In this document: in pieces, positions 1 to 10,114 of the stretch
How positions within the stretch are numbered: position 1 is the stretch's first letter
Layout of the letters: each line of letters starts with the position of its first letter
Assembly (NCBI GenBank): GCA_050298535.1
Contig: JBNKUI010000039.1
Span: forward strand, 51,083-115,082
Length of the DNA stretch: 64,000 bases
Direction of reading: 5' to 3'
Source of the DNA: Saprospiraceae bacterium
GTDB taxonomy: Bacteria > Bacteroidota > Bacteroidia > Chitinophagales > Saprospiraceae
Notes under the pieces: generated by a model
The model's input: only the letters and a program-made list of their open reading frames with translations
What the model was told of the DNA's origin: nothing
Databases searched by the model: none
Translations under genes and position numbers: made by a program

Positions 1-184
1 ATTTATTACTTTTGCCTCGATTTCCTGTTAATGATCCTTTAAAGTTTGAAAAACAGGCTGTTAAAAGCAAAATCATCGAGAAGTATTCATTAGTAAAGAC
101 AGGTTTTCAAAGGGAATAGTTTCGTCTTAACACTTTTTTAATCAAAGAGTTAAGTACAACGCAAAAACGGATATAACAACAAAT

Positions 185-1651
185 ATGGCCAGGGAAATAA
201 CTCCACGATCGGAGAACTATTCGCAGTGGTATAATGACATTGTCAAGAAGGCAGGATTAGCTGAGCATTCGGCGGTAAGGGGATGTATGGTGATCAAGCC
301 CTACGGCTTTGCCATCTGGGAGAAGATACAGGCTCAATTGGATAAGATGTTTAAAGATTCAGGGCATGTCAATGCGTACTTTCCGCTTTTCATACCCAAG
401 AGTTTTTTGAGTAAAGAAGCTGATCACGTCGAAGGGTTTGCCAAAGAATGTGCTGTGGTGACACACTACAGACTCAAGCAGGATCCTGATGGACAGGGTG
501 TAATAGTAGATCCTGAGGCCAGACTAGAGGAGGAATTGATCGTACGTCCTACTTCGGAGACCATCATTTGGAATACATACCGGGACTGGATCAATTCATA
601 CCGAGATCTTCCGCTCCTTATCAATCAGTGGGCTAACGTAGTCCGCTGGGAAATGCGTACCCGTTTGTTTCTTCGCACTGCTGAGTTTCTTTGGCAGGAA
701 GGCCATACAGCACATGCCACCGAAGCTGAAGCTGTGGAAGAAACGCTTCGTATGCAGGGCATTTATGCTTCGTTCGCTGAAGACTTCATGGCGATGCCTG
801 TCGTTCAGGGAGTTAAGACAGAAAATGAGCGATTTGCAGGAGCCGTTGATACCTATACAATTGAAGCCCTAATGCAGGATGGTAGGGCGCTACAAGCCGG
901 AACTTCTCATTTCCTCGGACAAAACTTCGCCAAAGCCTTCGACGTCAAGTATCTAAATCAAAATAATAAGGAAGAGTTTGTCTGGGCCACATCCTGGGGT
1001 GTTTCTACCCGACTGATGGGTGGACTGATCATGACGCACTCTGATGATGATGGACTCGTGCTTCCGCCAAAGTTAGCACCCACCCAGGTGGTGATTGTGC
1101 CCATACCAAAACCGAGTCCGGAGATAAACGAGGTAGCTGACAAGATTGCTGAGGAATTGAGAGCAAAGGGTATCACCGTCAAGATCGATAATGATGCGAA
1201 GAAAAGACCGGGATTCAAATTTGCAGAATATGAGATGCAAGGTATTCCAGTCAGAATTGGAATTGGAAAGCGTGATCTGGAGCAAAATCAAATTGAAGTG
1301 GCTCGCCGGGATACCAAGGAGAAATTTCAGGTATCGCTGGACCAGGGAGTAGACACGGTAGTTGATTTGATGGATTCTATCCAGAAGAATCTCTGGAACA
1401 AAGCAGTGGACTATCGGGCAAATCACTGGACAGTGGCAGATGATTGGGACGATTTTGTAAAGGCTTTGGACGAGAAAGGTGGATTTGTGAGCGCACACTG
1501 GGATGGGACCCGAGAAACGGAAGTTAAAATTAAGGAGTTGACAAAAGCTACCATTCGATGCATTCCAAATGGGCAGCCCACTGAGGATGGAAAATGTATT
1601 CTTACAGGGGAAAAATCTTCTCGAAGGGTGCTGTTTGCCAGGGCTTACTGA
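185..1651 (+). CDS. proS: Prolyl-tRNA synthetase (class II, short archaeal/eukaryote-like form common in Bacteroidota)
   Basis: 488-aa ORF. N-terminus [44 protein letters not shown] and motifs [15 protein letters not shown] and [10 protein letters not shown] are typical of ProRS. TGA stop. Confidence 0.95.
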   Translation: MAREITPRSENYSQWYNDIVKKAGLAEHSAVRGCMVIKPYGFAIWEKIQAQLDKMFKDSGHVNAYFPLFIPKSFLSKEADHVEGFAKECAVVTHYRLKQDPDGQGVIVDPEARLEEELIVRPTSETIIWNTYRDWINSYRDLPLLINQWANVVRWEMRTRLFLRTAEFLWQEGHTAHATEAEAVEETLRMQGIYASFAEDFMAMPVVQGVKTENERFAGAVDTYTIEALMQDGRALQAGTSHFLGQNFAKAFDVKYLNQNNKEEFVWATSWGVSTRLMGGLIMTHSDDDGLVLPPKLAPTQVVIVPIPKPSPEINEVADKIAEELRAKGITVKIDNDAKKRPGFKFAEYEMQGIPVRIGIGKRDLEQNQIEVARRDTKEKFQVSLDQGVDTVVDLMDSIQKNLWNKAVDYRANHWTVADDWDDFVKALDEKGGFVSAHWDGTRETEVKIKELTKATIRCIPNGQPTEDGKCILTGEKSSRRVLFARAY

Positions 1652-1790
1652 TTTCTAGTATCTTATTTACGAGCCATTATTGGGTTGATGCATATTTTAT
1701 CAAATTCATTTTCTTTAGAATTTATATTCGCATGATGCTTGTTTTGTAGTATTTTATTTCATATTTTATCTCAATTCAAGATTATTCGAT

Positions 1791-2150
1791 ATGAAAACCC
1801 ATCAAAGAGAAATCTTAATCTACTACAATCCCGAAAATCGATCTGATCGACAAACGGTAGCTATTGCAAGAAGTGTCAGTAAGCATGTGCGGACGTACGC
1901 TTATGGACAAACCCCTTCCACAGAAACAAGTTGGAAGCGCATTCTACAAGCTCTTGAATGCCATCCTAAGGATTTACTCAATAAAGCACATCCATACTAT
2001 CAACTGCATATCAGAGGTCGTGAGTTTGATGATGAAAGCTGGGTCAAAATACTACGCTTTAATCCAGATATTATTCGATCTCCGATAGCCATGAGTGGAA
2101 GAAAGGCGGTCGTATGTAAGACACCCTCTGACGTATATCGAGTGACATAA
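1791..2150 (+). CDS. ArsC/Spx-like thioredoxin-fold protein that appears to lack the catalytic Cys
   Basis: 119 aa. ILIYYNPENRSDRQTV aligns by eye with the ArsC-family N-terminus (IxIYHNPRCSKSRxxL), with Cys replaced. The tail PDIIRSPIAMSGRKAVVC resembles the ArsC family C-terminal part. Confidence 0.5.
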   Translation: MKTHQREILIYYNPENRSDRQTVAIARSVSKHVRTYAYGQTPSTETSWKRILQALECHPKDLLNKAHPYYQLHIRGREFDDESWVKILRFNPDIIRSPIAMSGRKAVVCKTPSDVYRVT

Positions 2151-2414
2151 CTTAAGTGATAGCCGAAAAATCCACAGCTCTTTCCGTTTTGGTTGCAGCC
2201 GTTGCATAGAAAAGATGTTATCCTTTACATTCTGTCCGACTTCATGCTCCTTACTGTTAGGCGACCCAAAGTGTCAGGAAGGGACCTTGAGTTAGCCACC
2301 TACTTAGACCAAGTCCTCTCCACCGAGGTAATGATGTCATTCTATCAAAATCGATTTTTGTACGGTCTGCTGGATAAATTCACACACATGTAGGTTTTTT
2401 GTATGACAATTATT

Positions 2415-2422
2415 TACATTTG
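2415..2422 (+). promoter_or_regulatory. Candidate Bacteroidota -7 promoter box (TACATTTG = TAnnTTTG)
   Basis: Exact match to TAnnTTTG, 25 nt upstream of the ATG at 2448. Confidence 0.4.
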
Positions 2423-2447
2423 AGGCTCACCAAGTAAGTCTAGTAAC

Positions 2448-2816
2448 ATGTCATTTGAAATAGAGGGGAAGCTCCATCGCAAGTATGATACAGAAAACAA
2501 GACGGCCACTTTTCAGGCTCGTGAATTTGTCCTGGAGACAAATTCAAACAACTATATGCAGTATGTCAAATTTCAATTGACGCAAGATCGATGTGGTCTC
2601 ATCGATCCGTATAGTGTAGGTGACCGGATGAAGGTTCATTTCGACTTGAGAGGACGTGAGTGGAATGATAAGTATTTCACTAATCTGAATGCCTGGAAGA
2701 TTGAAAAGTCGGGTGAAGATGTAGTCATCGTACCACCTCCGTCTGACGATGCTTTTCCTGATGCGACCACAGAGCCTGTGTTCGACGATGGTGGGGATGA
2801 TGACCTGCCTTTTTGA
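2448..2816 (+). CDS. DUF3127-like protein (OB-fold-like core with acidic C-terminal tail)
   Basis: 122 aa. MSFEIEGKLH...TFQAREFVLET...YVKFQLTQDRCGLID...VHFDLRGREWNDKYFTNLNAWKIEK matches my memory of the DUF3127 family. Acidic tail DDGGDDDLPF resembles an SSB-type tip. Confidence 0.65.
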   Translation: MSFEIEGKLHRKYDTENKTATFQAREFVLETNSNNYMQYVKFQLTQDRCGLIDPYSVGDRMKVHFDLRGREWNDKYFTNLNAWKIEKSGEDVVIVPPPSDDAFPDATTEPVFDDGGDDDLPF

Positions 2817-2899
2817 AGACGGCGTCCAGATTTCCCAGAGATTTACCATCCATTATCAACGTTGGTAAACTTTTCCTTACTCCATATGATTTATAGGGT

Positions 2900-3445
2900 A
2901 TGAGCAGATTGATTACGGTCATGCTATGCATACTTTTTTTGCCATCCGTACAGGCACAGGATATTGTGGCTATGGGCACTCGTTGGGATGATTCTTTCGC
3001 AGAATGGGTAATGTATGGTGAAGATGAGTCGCTCGTCGGAGAAATCTCGATTCGCTGGCCTCTGAAGGGAGATTGGAGTGAATGGGACTTCAGATATGGA
3101 GAACTAAGTGGAAGTATCCAGGTGAAATGGAAGGGTGATCCTAACTTGTGGGAACTCCGTGCTGACAATGAAGTGATCACCATTCGGACGGTGTGGAAAG
3201 ATGACTGGCGACAGTGGGAAGTGAAATCCGAAAAACATCGATTTGATGTTCAAAGCCGATATGGAAATATATTGGAAGAATGGTCCCTCAAAGGGGATCG
3301 ATTTGGCACACTGGATATCTATACGGCCTGGGAAGGAGATCTGAGAGATTGGATCGTGGATGACAGACTTGACGAAGAGATCTCGCTACCCACTAAGATT
3401 GCGATGATTTTTATTCCCATTTTTTACTCCACACCTAAATTCTAG
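2900..3445 (+). CDS. Hypothetical exported Trp-rich repeat protein with C-terminal hydrophobic anchor
   Basis: Signal peptide MSRLITVMLCILFLPSVQAQ. About six tandem ~23-aa units with a W-x2-3-D/E-x3-W pattern (RWDDSFAEW, GDWSEW, GDPNLWEL, KDDWRQWEV, ILEEWSL, GDLRDWIV). C-terminal segment KIAMIFIPIFY. Confidence 0.6.
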   Translation: MSRLITVMLCILFLPSVQAQDIVAMGTRWDDSFAEWVMYGEDESLVGEISIRWPLKGDWSEWDFRYGELSGSIQVKWKGDPNLWELRADNEVITIRTVWKDDWRQWEVKSEKHRFDVQSRYGNILEEWSLKGDRFGTLDIYTAWEGDLRDWIVDDRLDEEISLPTKIAMIFIPIFYSTPKF

Positions 3446-3458
3446 GTTCTACCCGCGT

Positions 3459-3917
3459 CTACTGTAGTATTTGATCTGTGTGAGCTTTCGTCTTTACTTT
3501 GGAAATCACCTCTTCAATCACCCCTTCTTCGTCAATTACGAATGTGGTACGTAAGATGCCGTCATATTCTTTCCCCATAAATTTCTTGCGTCCCCAGACT
3601 CCATAGGCTTTTATCACAGTATGATCCTCATCTACCAACAGAGGGAAGGGTAAATCGAACTTGGCAATGAAATTTTGATGTTTCTTGGCAGAATCTGCAC
3701 TCACACCCAGCAGCTCATATCCATTCTCCAGAAAACGATCATAATTGTCTCTCAAGTTGCAGGCCTCTGCGGTGCATCCTGGAGTATTATCCTTCGGATA
3801 GAAAAACAGGACCAGTTTTTTACCCCGGTAGTTGATCAACTCCCGGACGTTTCCCTCCTGATCCAATCCCTTAAAGTCTGGCGCTTTGTCTCCTTTCTGT
3901 AAATGTGTTTGACTCAC
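3459..3917 (-). CDS. bcp: Thioredoxin-dependent thiol peroxidase (peroxiredoxin Bcp)
   Basis: 152 aa. KAPDFKGLDQEGN...KKLVLFFYPKDNTPGCTAEAC carries the peroxidatic Cys motif. Confidence 0.9.
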   Translation of the reverse strand: MSQTHLQKGDKAPDFKGLDQEGNVRELINYRGKKLVLFFYPKDNTPGCTAEACNLRDNYDRFLENGYELLGVSADSAKKHQNFIAKFDLPFPLLVDEDHTVIKAYGVWGRKKFMGKEYDGILRTTFVIDEEGVIEEVISKVKTKAHTDQILQ

Positions 3918-3965
3918 TTCTTATCACTTTTCTTTATCGGTATTGCAATTGCCGAAATCCCCCTC

Positions 3966-5642
3966 TTAGGGTAAACTAAATGCAAAGGATTTCTCCGTGG
4001 CATTTCCTACAGGATCTTCAACACGAAATATGGCGGTATGTTTGCCAGGGCCTATCGAATTTGGAATTTTTACTGTGATCCTATTTGATTTTGCATCCAG
4101 GGTACTTAGCCACCACATATCATCTATACTTACCCTGTGAGTGAATGATCTGACACCTCGATATTGAAGGTCATCATCTGCTTCGATCACGATTTCATAT
4201 CCATTGACGGTCTTGCGTTGACTGACTGTCTTGATTGAGGGAGGGGTCGTGTCGATCTTCAGAGCGAAGATGCCCAGGCTATTTGTCTGCGCTTCTATAT
4301 GATCGTTCTTCCACTTTCCTCCGATAGAGTATTCTTTATCACCAATCCGCTGCACTATGTATACTTTTTCCTCCATATTTTGGATCGAGTACGGTCTATT
4401 CAATCGTATCAAGATACTTTTTTGCAATGCTGCCCAGTAAGGGCTGATCTCAAACTCGTCGCTGATCTTACCGGCCTGATCATGTCGTTGAATATGGCAG
4501 TAAGTGTCCTCATAAAAGGTTTCGGTCGGGATACAAGCTGAGAATCCGTCGATATGTATTTCATGATCTTTATCGTATGGTATCTCGTAGTCAAATCCCT
4601 GGTATTTAGGGCTCTCAACCTTTTCTTTTCTTTTAAGCCAGAATACTCTGGTGGAACTATGGCCCGCAAAGTCACGGATCAGAATATCTACCTTCTGAAT
4701 CTTATCCAGATATAGGGGAATCACCCCATTTAAAGCAACATGGCGACTACTCTGCACAGCATGACAGCGGTAGATATGTCTCTTGTCCAGTGTCAATGCT
4801 TTAAAATCGGTGTGAGCGGTATGCCGTTGGAGATCATATGACGATAAGGTGTCAAAACGTCGATAATAGCTTGTGTCTCCATCGACCTTTAGTAAAATGC
4901 TATGAATGCCATTCCGATTTACCTTGCCATTGAAGAAGTCAACAGCTTCAATACCAACTCCACATCTCCATGCATCGACCTCAATCGTGTCTGGAATATT
5001 ATCTTCCAGCAGGTTACCAATACCCGTTTGATGGTATGTCCGATATTTATAGTCAAGATGATTAATGCTGATATCCTGTATGACAGGAGCAGTTTCGTCC
5101 TTCACTTTCCAACCCAGCAGCAATGGATTTAGCATGCTGCCACTCGATGATTCAGCCCATTCGAAATGAAGATGGGGTCCGAAAGAATATCCGGTTGAGC
5201 CCAGTATAGCAATTTGTTCTCCTTGTTTTACAGGAAGGACTTCAGGATCCAGGTCAATAGTCACTTCAAATCGTTCTTCCTGAAATTGCTTTGTCAAGAC
5301 CAGGCTGTCCAACCTAGTTGTAAAATGTAACAGGTGTCCATATAGAGAAGTACGGTCCTGTTGTGGGTGGCTTACCAAAATTGCATTTCCATATCCACCA
5401 CTTCTTACTGTGATCCGCCTGATATATCCATCATCAACTGCATATATGGGTGTCCCAACCCGGCCATTGGGTGATTTGATATCAATACCCGTATGGTAGT
5501 GGTCGCCCCGTAACTCACCGAATGTACCAGAAAGTCGCAGGGTGCCATCTACAGGAGGGATGGGTTGAGCTATTGATTCCCAGCCAACCAATAGAAATGT
5601 AATCATCAGCCAAAGTCCATATATATTATCGACTCTGCCCAT
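3966..5642 (-). CDS. M23 family metallopeptidase with long C-terminal extension
   Basis: 558 aa. HYHTGIDIK and GSTGYSFGPHLHFE are LytM/M23 zinc motifs. N-terminal hydrophobic signal. Confidence 0.85.
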   Translation of the reverse strand: MGRVDNIYGLWLMITFLLVGWESIAQPIPPVDGTLRLSGTFGELRGDHYHTGIDIKSPNGRVGTPIYAVDDGYIRRITVRSGGYGNAILVSHPQQDRTSLYGHLLHFTTRLDSLVLTKQFQEERFEVTIDLDPEVLPVKQGEQIAILGSTGYSFGPHLHFEWAESSSGSMLNPLLLGWKVKDETAPVIQDISINHLDYKYRTYHQTGIGNLLEDNIPDTIEVDAWRCGVGIEAVDFFNGKVNRNGIHSILLKVDGDTSYYRRFDTLSSYDLQRHTAHTDFKALTLDKRHIYRCHAVQSSRHVALNGVIPLYLDKIQKVDILIRDFAGHSSTRVFWLKRKEKVESPKYQGFDYEIPYDKDHEIHIDGFSACIPTETFYEDTYCHIQRHDQAGKISDEFEISPYWAALQKSILIRLNRPYSIQNMEEKVYIVQRIGDKEYSIGGKWKNDHIEAQTNSLGIFALKIDTTPPSIKTVSQRKTVNGYEIVIEADDDLQYRGVRSFTHRVSIDDMWWLSTLDAKSNRITVKIPNSIGPGKHTAIFRVEDPVGNATEKSFAFSLP

Positions 5643-6621
5643 TAAATTTGTTTAGAATGAGTTGAATGAGATGTTCTGCTTCATGAAGGAAGTTGACTTC
5701 ATCTTTTTGAAGATTTTGGTAAGCCTCTTCCCAGGCATCCTGATACAAGGCTTTTATCTCCGGCAGCAGCCTATCTCTGATTTTTTGGTCCATCCAAAAT
5801 GCATCACGTCCTTTCCGTTGCTCGATGAGGGCAGTGTCATCAAGTCCAGACACGATTCCCCATATATTCGCCATCCCTTTCTGTTGTGTCGAAGAAGTGG
5901 CGATTACAGGTGTATCCGGATAATTAGAATCTGAGATGGCAGTTTTCAATTGATGCACCGTTCGATTTCCTTCCCTTAGTAGACTACCATCCACTTTGTT
6001 CACTACGATCACATTAGCCACTTCCAATATGCCTTTTTTAATTGCCTGGAGCTCATCACCCATCATGGGTTGGACCACAAGAATAAACACATCACCGAGA
6101 TGTTTGGCTAATACTTCCGACTGTCCTACGCCGACGGTCTCCACAAATATTATATCAAATCCAGAAGCAGCACAAAGCAGGCTTGTCTCATAGGTAGCTG
6201 GGTGTAGTCCGCCCGAACGAGTTTGGTCAGCTGAAGGTCGCACATAGGCAGATTTGGATTGACTTAATTGGGGCATCCGGGTTTTATCGCCCATAATACT
6301 ACCTCCCGAAACAGGACTAGATGGATCTATGGACAGTACCGCCACCCGATGCCCCTTTTCAATGATGAATGTTCCAAGGGCTTCAATCAAGGTACTCTTG
6401 CCAACACCCGGACTTCCACTTATGACGATATTGAGAGACTGCGTTTTTTTTCTTCCCTTTTGACAGATATCCAGCAATTGGATACTTGACCTACGATCTT
6501 CTTCGAGATTGCTTTCCAGCAAGGTGATGCCTCTGCTCAATGCAAATCGGTCACCAGATAGAATCTTGTCAGCTAATGCGGGAATATCCTGGGATTTCAT
6601 AATGTTAAAATCCTTAACCAC
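5626..6621 (-). CDS. meaB: Methylmalonyl-CoA mutase-associated G3E GTPase (MeaB/ArgK)
   Basis: 331 aa. P-loop GSPGVGKSTLIEALG, FVETVGVGQSE and VVNKVD. Overlaps the downstream M23 gene by 17 nt. Confidence 0.9.
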   Translation of the reverse strand: MVKDFNIMKSQDIPALADKILSGDRFALSRGITLLESNLEEDRRSSIQLLDICQKGRKKTQSLNIVISGSPGVGKSTLIEALGTFIIEKGHRVAVLSIDPSSPVSGGSIMGDKTRMPQLSQSKSAYVRPSADQTRSGGLHPATYETSLLCAASGFDIIFVETVGVGQSEVLAKHLGDVFILVVQPMMGDELQAIKKGILEVANVIVVNKVDGSLLREGNRTVHQLKTAISDSNYPDTPVIATSSTQQKGMANIWGIVSGLDDTALIEQRKGRDAFWMDQKIRDRLLPEIKALYQDAWEEAYQNLQKDEVNFLHEAEHLIQLILNKFNGQSR

Positions 6622-6880
6622 TTTATATTACTAAATTAAGTAATGTGTATATGCTTGATTTAAAATTATTTGCTACGCAGTAAAATTAACATAAAGATCG
6701 ATACTTTATTCTTTCCGTTAAAGTTGGTTAAACGTAATCTGAAGTCTCGAAGGGGCAAGCACAGCGTCAATTATTCCGATATTTTCGTCCTGATTCTTTA
6801 ACATTCATTGTATTTGATGGGAAAGCAAAAGGGGATTCATCAGAAATCAGTATCGATATACAATTGATTACTTATGACGC

Positions 6881-7876
6881 TCAATTTCCCCTTTTGGCTT
6901 TCCCTACTTTTGCCCAGGCAGTTTCCGCTAACCTTCTTGTCACCTTTTCTATCCAATAACTGCCCACCATGGGATCCTTTGTCCTATACCAATCACTCTC
7001 ATGCTGCAATATCCGTGGTATCATGGAATGGCCGTATAACAGATCAGAATGGGAATAATCCAGATAGGAAGGAGCCAGGACGATACCATGGACTACTCCA
7101 GCAGATGCTGCCATACATTTGGTTGTCATCTCGATAAGGCCTTTTTCAGGAAGTCCGGCCTCAGTTTCTGCAACGACGCAGAGAGCCTGTACAGCAGGCT
7201 TGGATTGATTACCTAGATCGAAATCTTTTTGACTCCACAAATGATCAAGTAAAATATGCAGCGCCCTCAACTTAGCTATCTCTACTGGATAGTTTAGACC
7301 TATCTCTATCAGCAAGTATAAGCCACGTGTATCCCGAAAGCCCTTATTTGCCAGCTCTATGAGATCCAGTATGATTTCTTTAAGTTGATCTGACGGGGAG
7401 GTATTGGAATCATGGTGGAACGCACGGCCATTTGTTGAGCTTTCAAATGCTGATGCTATAAATGCCGCACTGGCACCTGATAATAGAATCGGGCTTATGC
7501 CAGAAATCAGACCAACATCACCAAACTGAATCTGGTACGGCAAATTATCGAAATTGAAAGCTTCCATCTCCTGCACATCTTCATTTGTATGGAAAGTAAT
7601 ATGGATCTTATCGAGGGCCAGGTCCTTGAGATCTTGCTTTATTCTGTGGAGGTGGTCTGAGGGGATGGAAAGGAGCACTTCTGGAGGCTGTGGTATATGA
7701 TCTACAGGTAAGGCAATGGGGTCGGGTGCATTGTCTGAACTATATAGCGGATCCACAGTCATTCCGGGCTCGACCTCACACTGGATACCAGGTCGGTCAA
7801 GCTTTCGAAGAACCCCTGAGACGGCATTTTCCCATGCTTTGCGATTGGCAGAAATAGATCTCTCTTCGATATTCAT
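6881..7876 (-). CDS. Short methylmalonyl-CoA mutase family protein (barrel N-terminal portion only, no B12-binding domain)
   Basis: 331 aa. KAWENAV...GMTVDPLYSS and IEIGLNYPVEIAKLRALHILLDHLW resemble MCM substrate-barrel motifs. Lies directly upstream of meaB. Confidence 0.55.
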   Translation of the reverse strand: MNIEERSISANRKAWENAVSGVLRKLDRPGIQCEVEPGMTVDPLYSSDNAPDPIALPVDHIPQPPEVLLSIPSDHLHRIKQDLKDLALDKIHITFHTNEDVQEMEAFNFDNLPYQIQFGDVGLISGISPILLSGASAAFIASAFESSTNGRAFHHDSNTSPSDQLKEIILDLIELANKGFRDTRGLYLLIEIGLNYPVEIAKLRALHILLDHLWSQKDFDLGNQSKPAVQALCVVAETEAGLPEKGLIEMTTKCMAASAGVVHGIVLAPSYLDYSHSDLLYGHSMIPRILQHESDWYRTKDPMVGSYWIEKVTRRLAETAWAKVGKAKRGN

Positions 7877-7986
7877 ATAATTATCTGCTAAAGGGTTGAA
7901 ACAGTGAAATATAGGATCAAAAAATGCGATCTAAAGAACAAAACTAGAACATTGATACCAAATAAACTTTTTCCAGGGGAAAGCGT

Positions 7987-7994
7987 TATATTTG
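7987..7994 (+). promoter_or_regulatory. Candidate -7 promoter box (TATATTTG) for the isc operon
   Basis: Exact TAnnTTTG, 36 nt upstream of the iscS ATG at 8031. Confidence 0.4.
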
Positions 7995-8030
7995 CAGCTT
8001 AGAATAAATCTAAATAAATACAAGAGATAG

Positions 8031-9251
8031 ATGTCACAACGCTTGATTTACCTGGACAATAACGCAACTACCCCTGCAGACCCACGAGTTGTGGAAGCAA
8101 TGCTTCCGTACTTCTATGAGAAGCCGGGAAATGCAGCATCAAGAAGTCATCCCTTCGGTTGGGAAGCTGAAGAGGCCGTGGACTATGCCAGAGAGCAAGT
8201 TGCCGCACTTATTGATGTTGATCCTAAGGAGATCATCTTTACCAGTGGAGCTACCGAATCTGATAATTTGGCGCTGAAAGGTGTATTCGAAATGTATCGG
8301 AGAAAGGGTAATCACATCATCACAGTAAAGACTGAGCATAAGGCTGTTTTGGATTCTTGTCAAAAGCTAGAGCGTGAAGGGGCAGAGGTTACCTATCTTG
8401 ACGTGAAGTCAGATGGTCTGATTGACTTGGCTGAGTTAGAGGCTGCCATTAAGGATACCACAATATTGGTGTCCGTGATGTGGGCTAACAATGAGACCGG
8501 TGTCATCCAGCCCATGAAGGCGATCGGAGAGATCTGTGCCAAGCATGGCGTACTTTTTATGAGTGATGCGACTCAGGCTGTTGGGAAAATTCCAGTTTCT
8601 CCTAAGGAAGTAGGTATTCATTTGATGGCGTTTACAGGTCATAAGATGTATGGACCTAAGGGTGTGGGAGCTCTATTTGTAAATAGGAAGCGCCCCCGGG
8701 TAAAAGTAACAGCCCAAATGGATGGTGGCGGACATGAACGAGGTATGCGATCTGGTACGCTCAACGTGCCCAGTATAGTAGGATTTGGTAAAGCCGCTGA
8801 GATCGCCAAGAAAGAAATGGAGAAGGATGCCGCGCACGTGAGCAGACTACGGGACAAATTGGAACAGGCCCTGCTGAACGGTCTTGAAGAGGTTTATGTA
8901 AATGGTAATCCTGATCATAGAATGCCACATGTGAGCAATCTCTCGTTTAAGCATGTTGAGGGAGAAGGTCTTATGATGACTTTCAATCAAAACATTGCAT
9001 TGAGTTCGGGATCGGCATGTACATCCGCTTCTCTTGAGCCTTCCTACGTGTTGATAGCAATGGGGCTGGGTGATGATCTGGCACACAGTTCTTTGCGGTT
9101 CAGCCTGGGACGATTTACTAAAGAGGAGGACATTGACTATACGATCAAGGCCATTACAAAGGGAGTGAATCATATGCGTGATCTAAGTCCAATCTGGGAA
9201 ATGTACAAAGAGGGGGTAGATCTAGAGACCGTTGAGTGGAGTGAACACTAG
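8031..9251 (+). CDS. iscS: Cysteine desulfurase IscS/NifS type
   Basis: 406 aa. [23 protein letters not shown] (PLP Lys), SSGSACTS active-site Cys loop. Confidence 0.92.
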   Translation: MSQRLIYLDNNATTPADPRVVEAMLPYFYEKPGNAASRSHPFGWEAEEAVDYAREQVAALIDVDPKEIIFTSGATESDNLALKGVFEMYRRKGNHIITVKTEHKAVLDSCQKLEREGAEVTYLDVKSDGLIDLAELEAAIKDTTILVSVMWANNETGVIQPMKAIGEICAKHGVLFMSDATQAVGKIPVSPKEVGIHLMAFTGHKMYGPKGVGALFVNRKRPRVKVTAQMDGGGHERGMRSGTLNVPSIVGFGKAAEIAKKEMEKDAAHVSRLRDKLEQALLNGLEEVYVNGNPDHRMPHVSNLSFKHVEGEGLMMTFNQNIALSSGSACTSASLEPSYVLIAMGLGDDLAHSSLRFSLGRFTKEEDIDYTIKAITKGVNHMRDLSPIWEMYKEGVDLETVEWSEH

Positions 9252-9313
9252 GAGAAATAAGAACGTTTATCTAATAAGACTTTATCTAAAATAAGTATTT
9301 CAATATATCGATT

Positions 9314-9733
9314 ATGGCATATTCAGAAAAAGTACTCGAGCATTTCAAAAATCCCAAGAATGTGGGAACATTGGACAAGAGCAAAAAGAATGTAGGCACT
9401 GGTTTGGTTGGTGCTCCTGAATGTGGGGACGTCATGAGACTTCAGATTGAAGTAGACGAAGAGACACAAATGATCAAAGACGCTAAATTCAAGACATTTG
9501 GTTGTGGTTCAGCTATTGCCTCCTCTTCATTGGCTACAGAGTGGTTGAAAGGAAAATCAATCAATGAAGCTATGTCTATTGACAATATGGACATCGTGGA
9601 AGAATTAGCGCTTCCTCCAGTGAAAATTCACTGTTCTGTATTGGCAGAAGATGCAATCAAAAGTGCGATTAGTGATTATCGCAAGAAAAACAATGTGGAA
9701 GTGCCTCAGGAAGGTGAGACACAGAGCGCATAA
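9314..9733 (+). CDS. iscU: Fe-S cluster assembly scaffold IscU
   Basis: 139 aa. GAPECGDVM, FKTFGCGSAIASSS and PPVKIHCS are the three conserved Cys motifs. Confidence 0.92.
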   Translation: MAYSEKVLEHFKNPKNVGTLDKSKKNVGTGLVGAPECGDVMRLQIEVDEETQMIKDAKFKTFGCGSAIASSSLATEWLKGKSINEAMSIDNMDIVEELALPPVKIHCSVLAEDAIKSAISDYRKKNNVEVPQEGETQSA

Positions 9734-9754
9734 AGAACGTATTTTTATCTAGTT

Positions 9755-10081
9755 ATGATCAAGGTAGCAGAATCAGCGAAGGAGAAGATTTCAAAATTGA
9801 TGGAATCAGAAAACATTACCAAAGATCATTTTATCAGAGTGTCGGTAGTAAGTGGGGGCTGTAGTGGTCTCTCCTACAAAATGGATTTCGATACCGAAGA
9901 ACAGGATAATGATCAGATCTTTGAAGATAATGGAATCAAGATTGTCACCGATCTGAAAAGCTTCCTATATCTCTTTGATTCTACGCTAGAATTCTCCGGT
10001 GGCCTTGACGGGAAAGGGTTTTATTTTCAGAATCCAAACGCTACGCGGGAGTGCGGCTGTGGTGAAAGCTTTGCTGTGTAA
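9755..10081 (+). CDS. iscA: Fe-S cluster insertion protein, IscA/HesB (A-type carrier)
   Basis: 108 aa. GGCSGLSY and C-terminal CGCGESF. Confidence 0.88.
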   Translation: MIKVAESAKEKISKLMESENITKDHFIRVSVVSGGCSGLSYKMDFDTEEQDNDQIFEDNGIKIVTDLKSFLYLFDSTLEFSGGLDGKGFYFQNPNATRECGCGESFAV

Positions 10082-10114
10082 GTAAGGATCATTCGCTCCC
10101 TACATATTCCCATG

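Noticed and set aside
2151-2414. A ~260-nt spacer with a 66-aa TTG-initiated ORF (2193..2393). I looked for SRP RNA, 6S, tmRNA and RNase P signatures (for example GTCAGGAAGGGACC versus the SRP domain IV motif).
   Set aside because: It has no convincing match to any conserved RNA core motif I know, only short hairpins, and the ORF is unconvincing. An Rfam scan would be needed to revisit this.
2725-3183. 152-aa minus-strand ORF overlapping the DUF3127 3' end and the Trp-repeat gene.
   Set aside because: It is Ser/Pro/His-rich with no signal or motif. The plus-strand ORFs have a signal peptide, repeats and family motifs.
6622-6880. Possible cobalamin riboswitch between the mutase-like gene and meaB.
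   Set aside because: It is AT-rich with no B12-box-like GCCACTG core or GC-rich helices.
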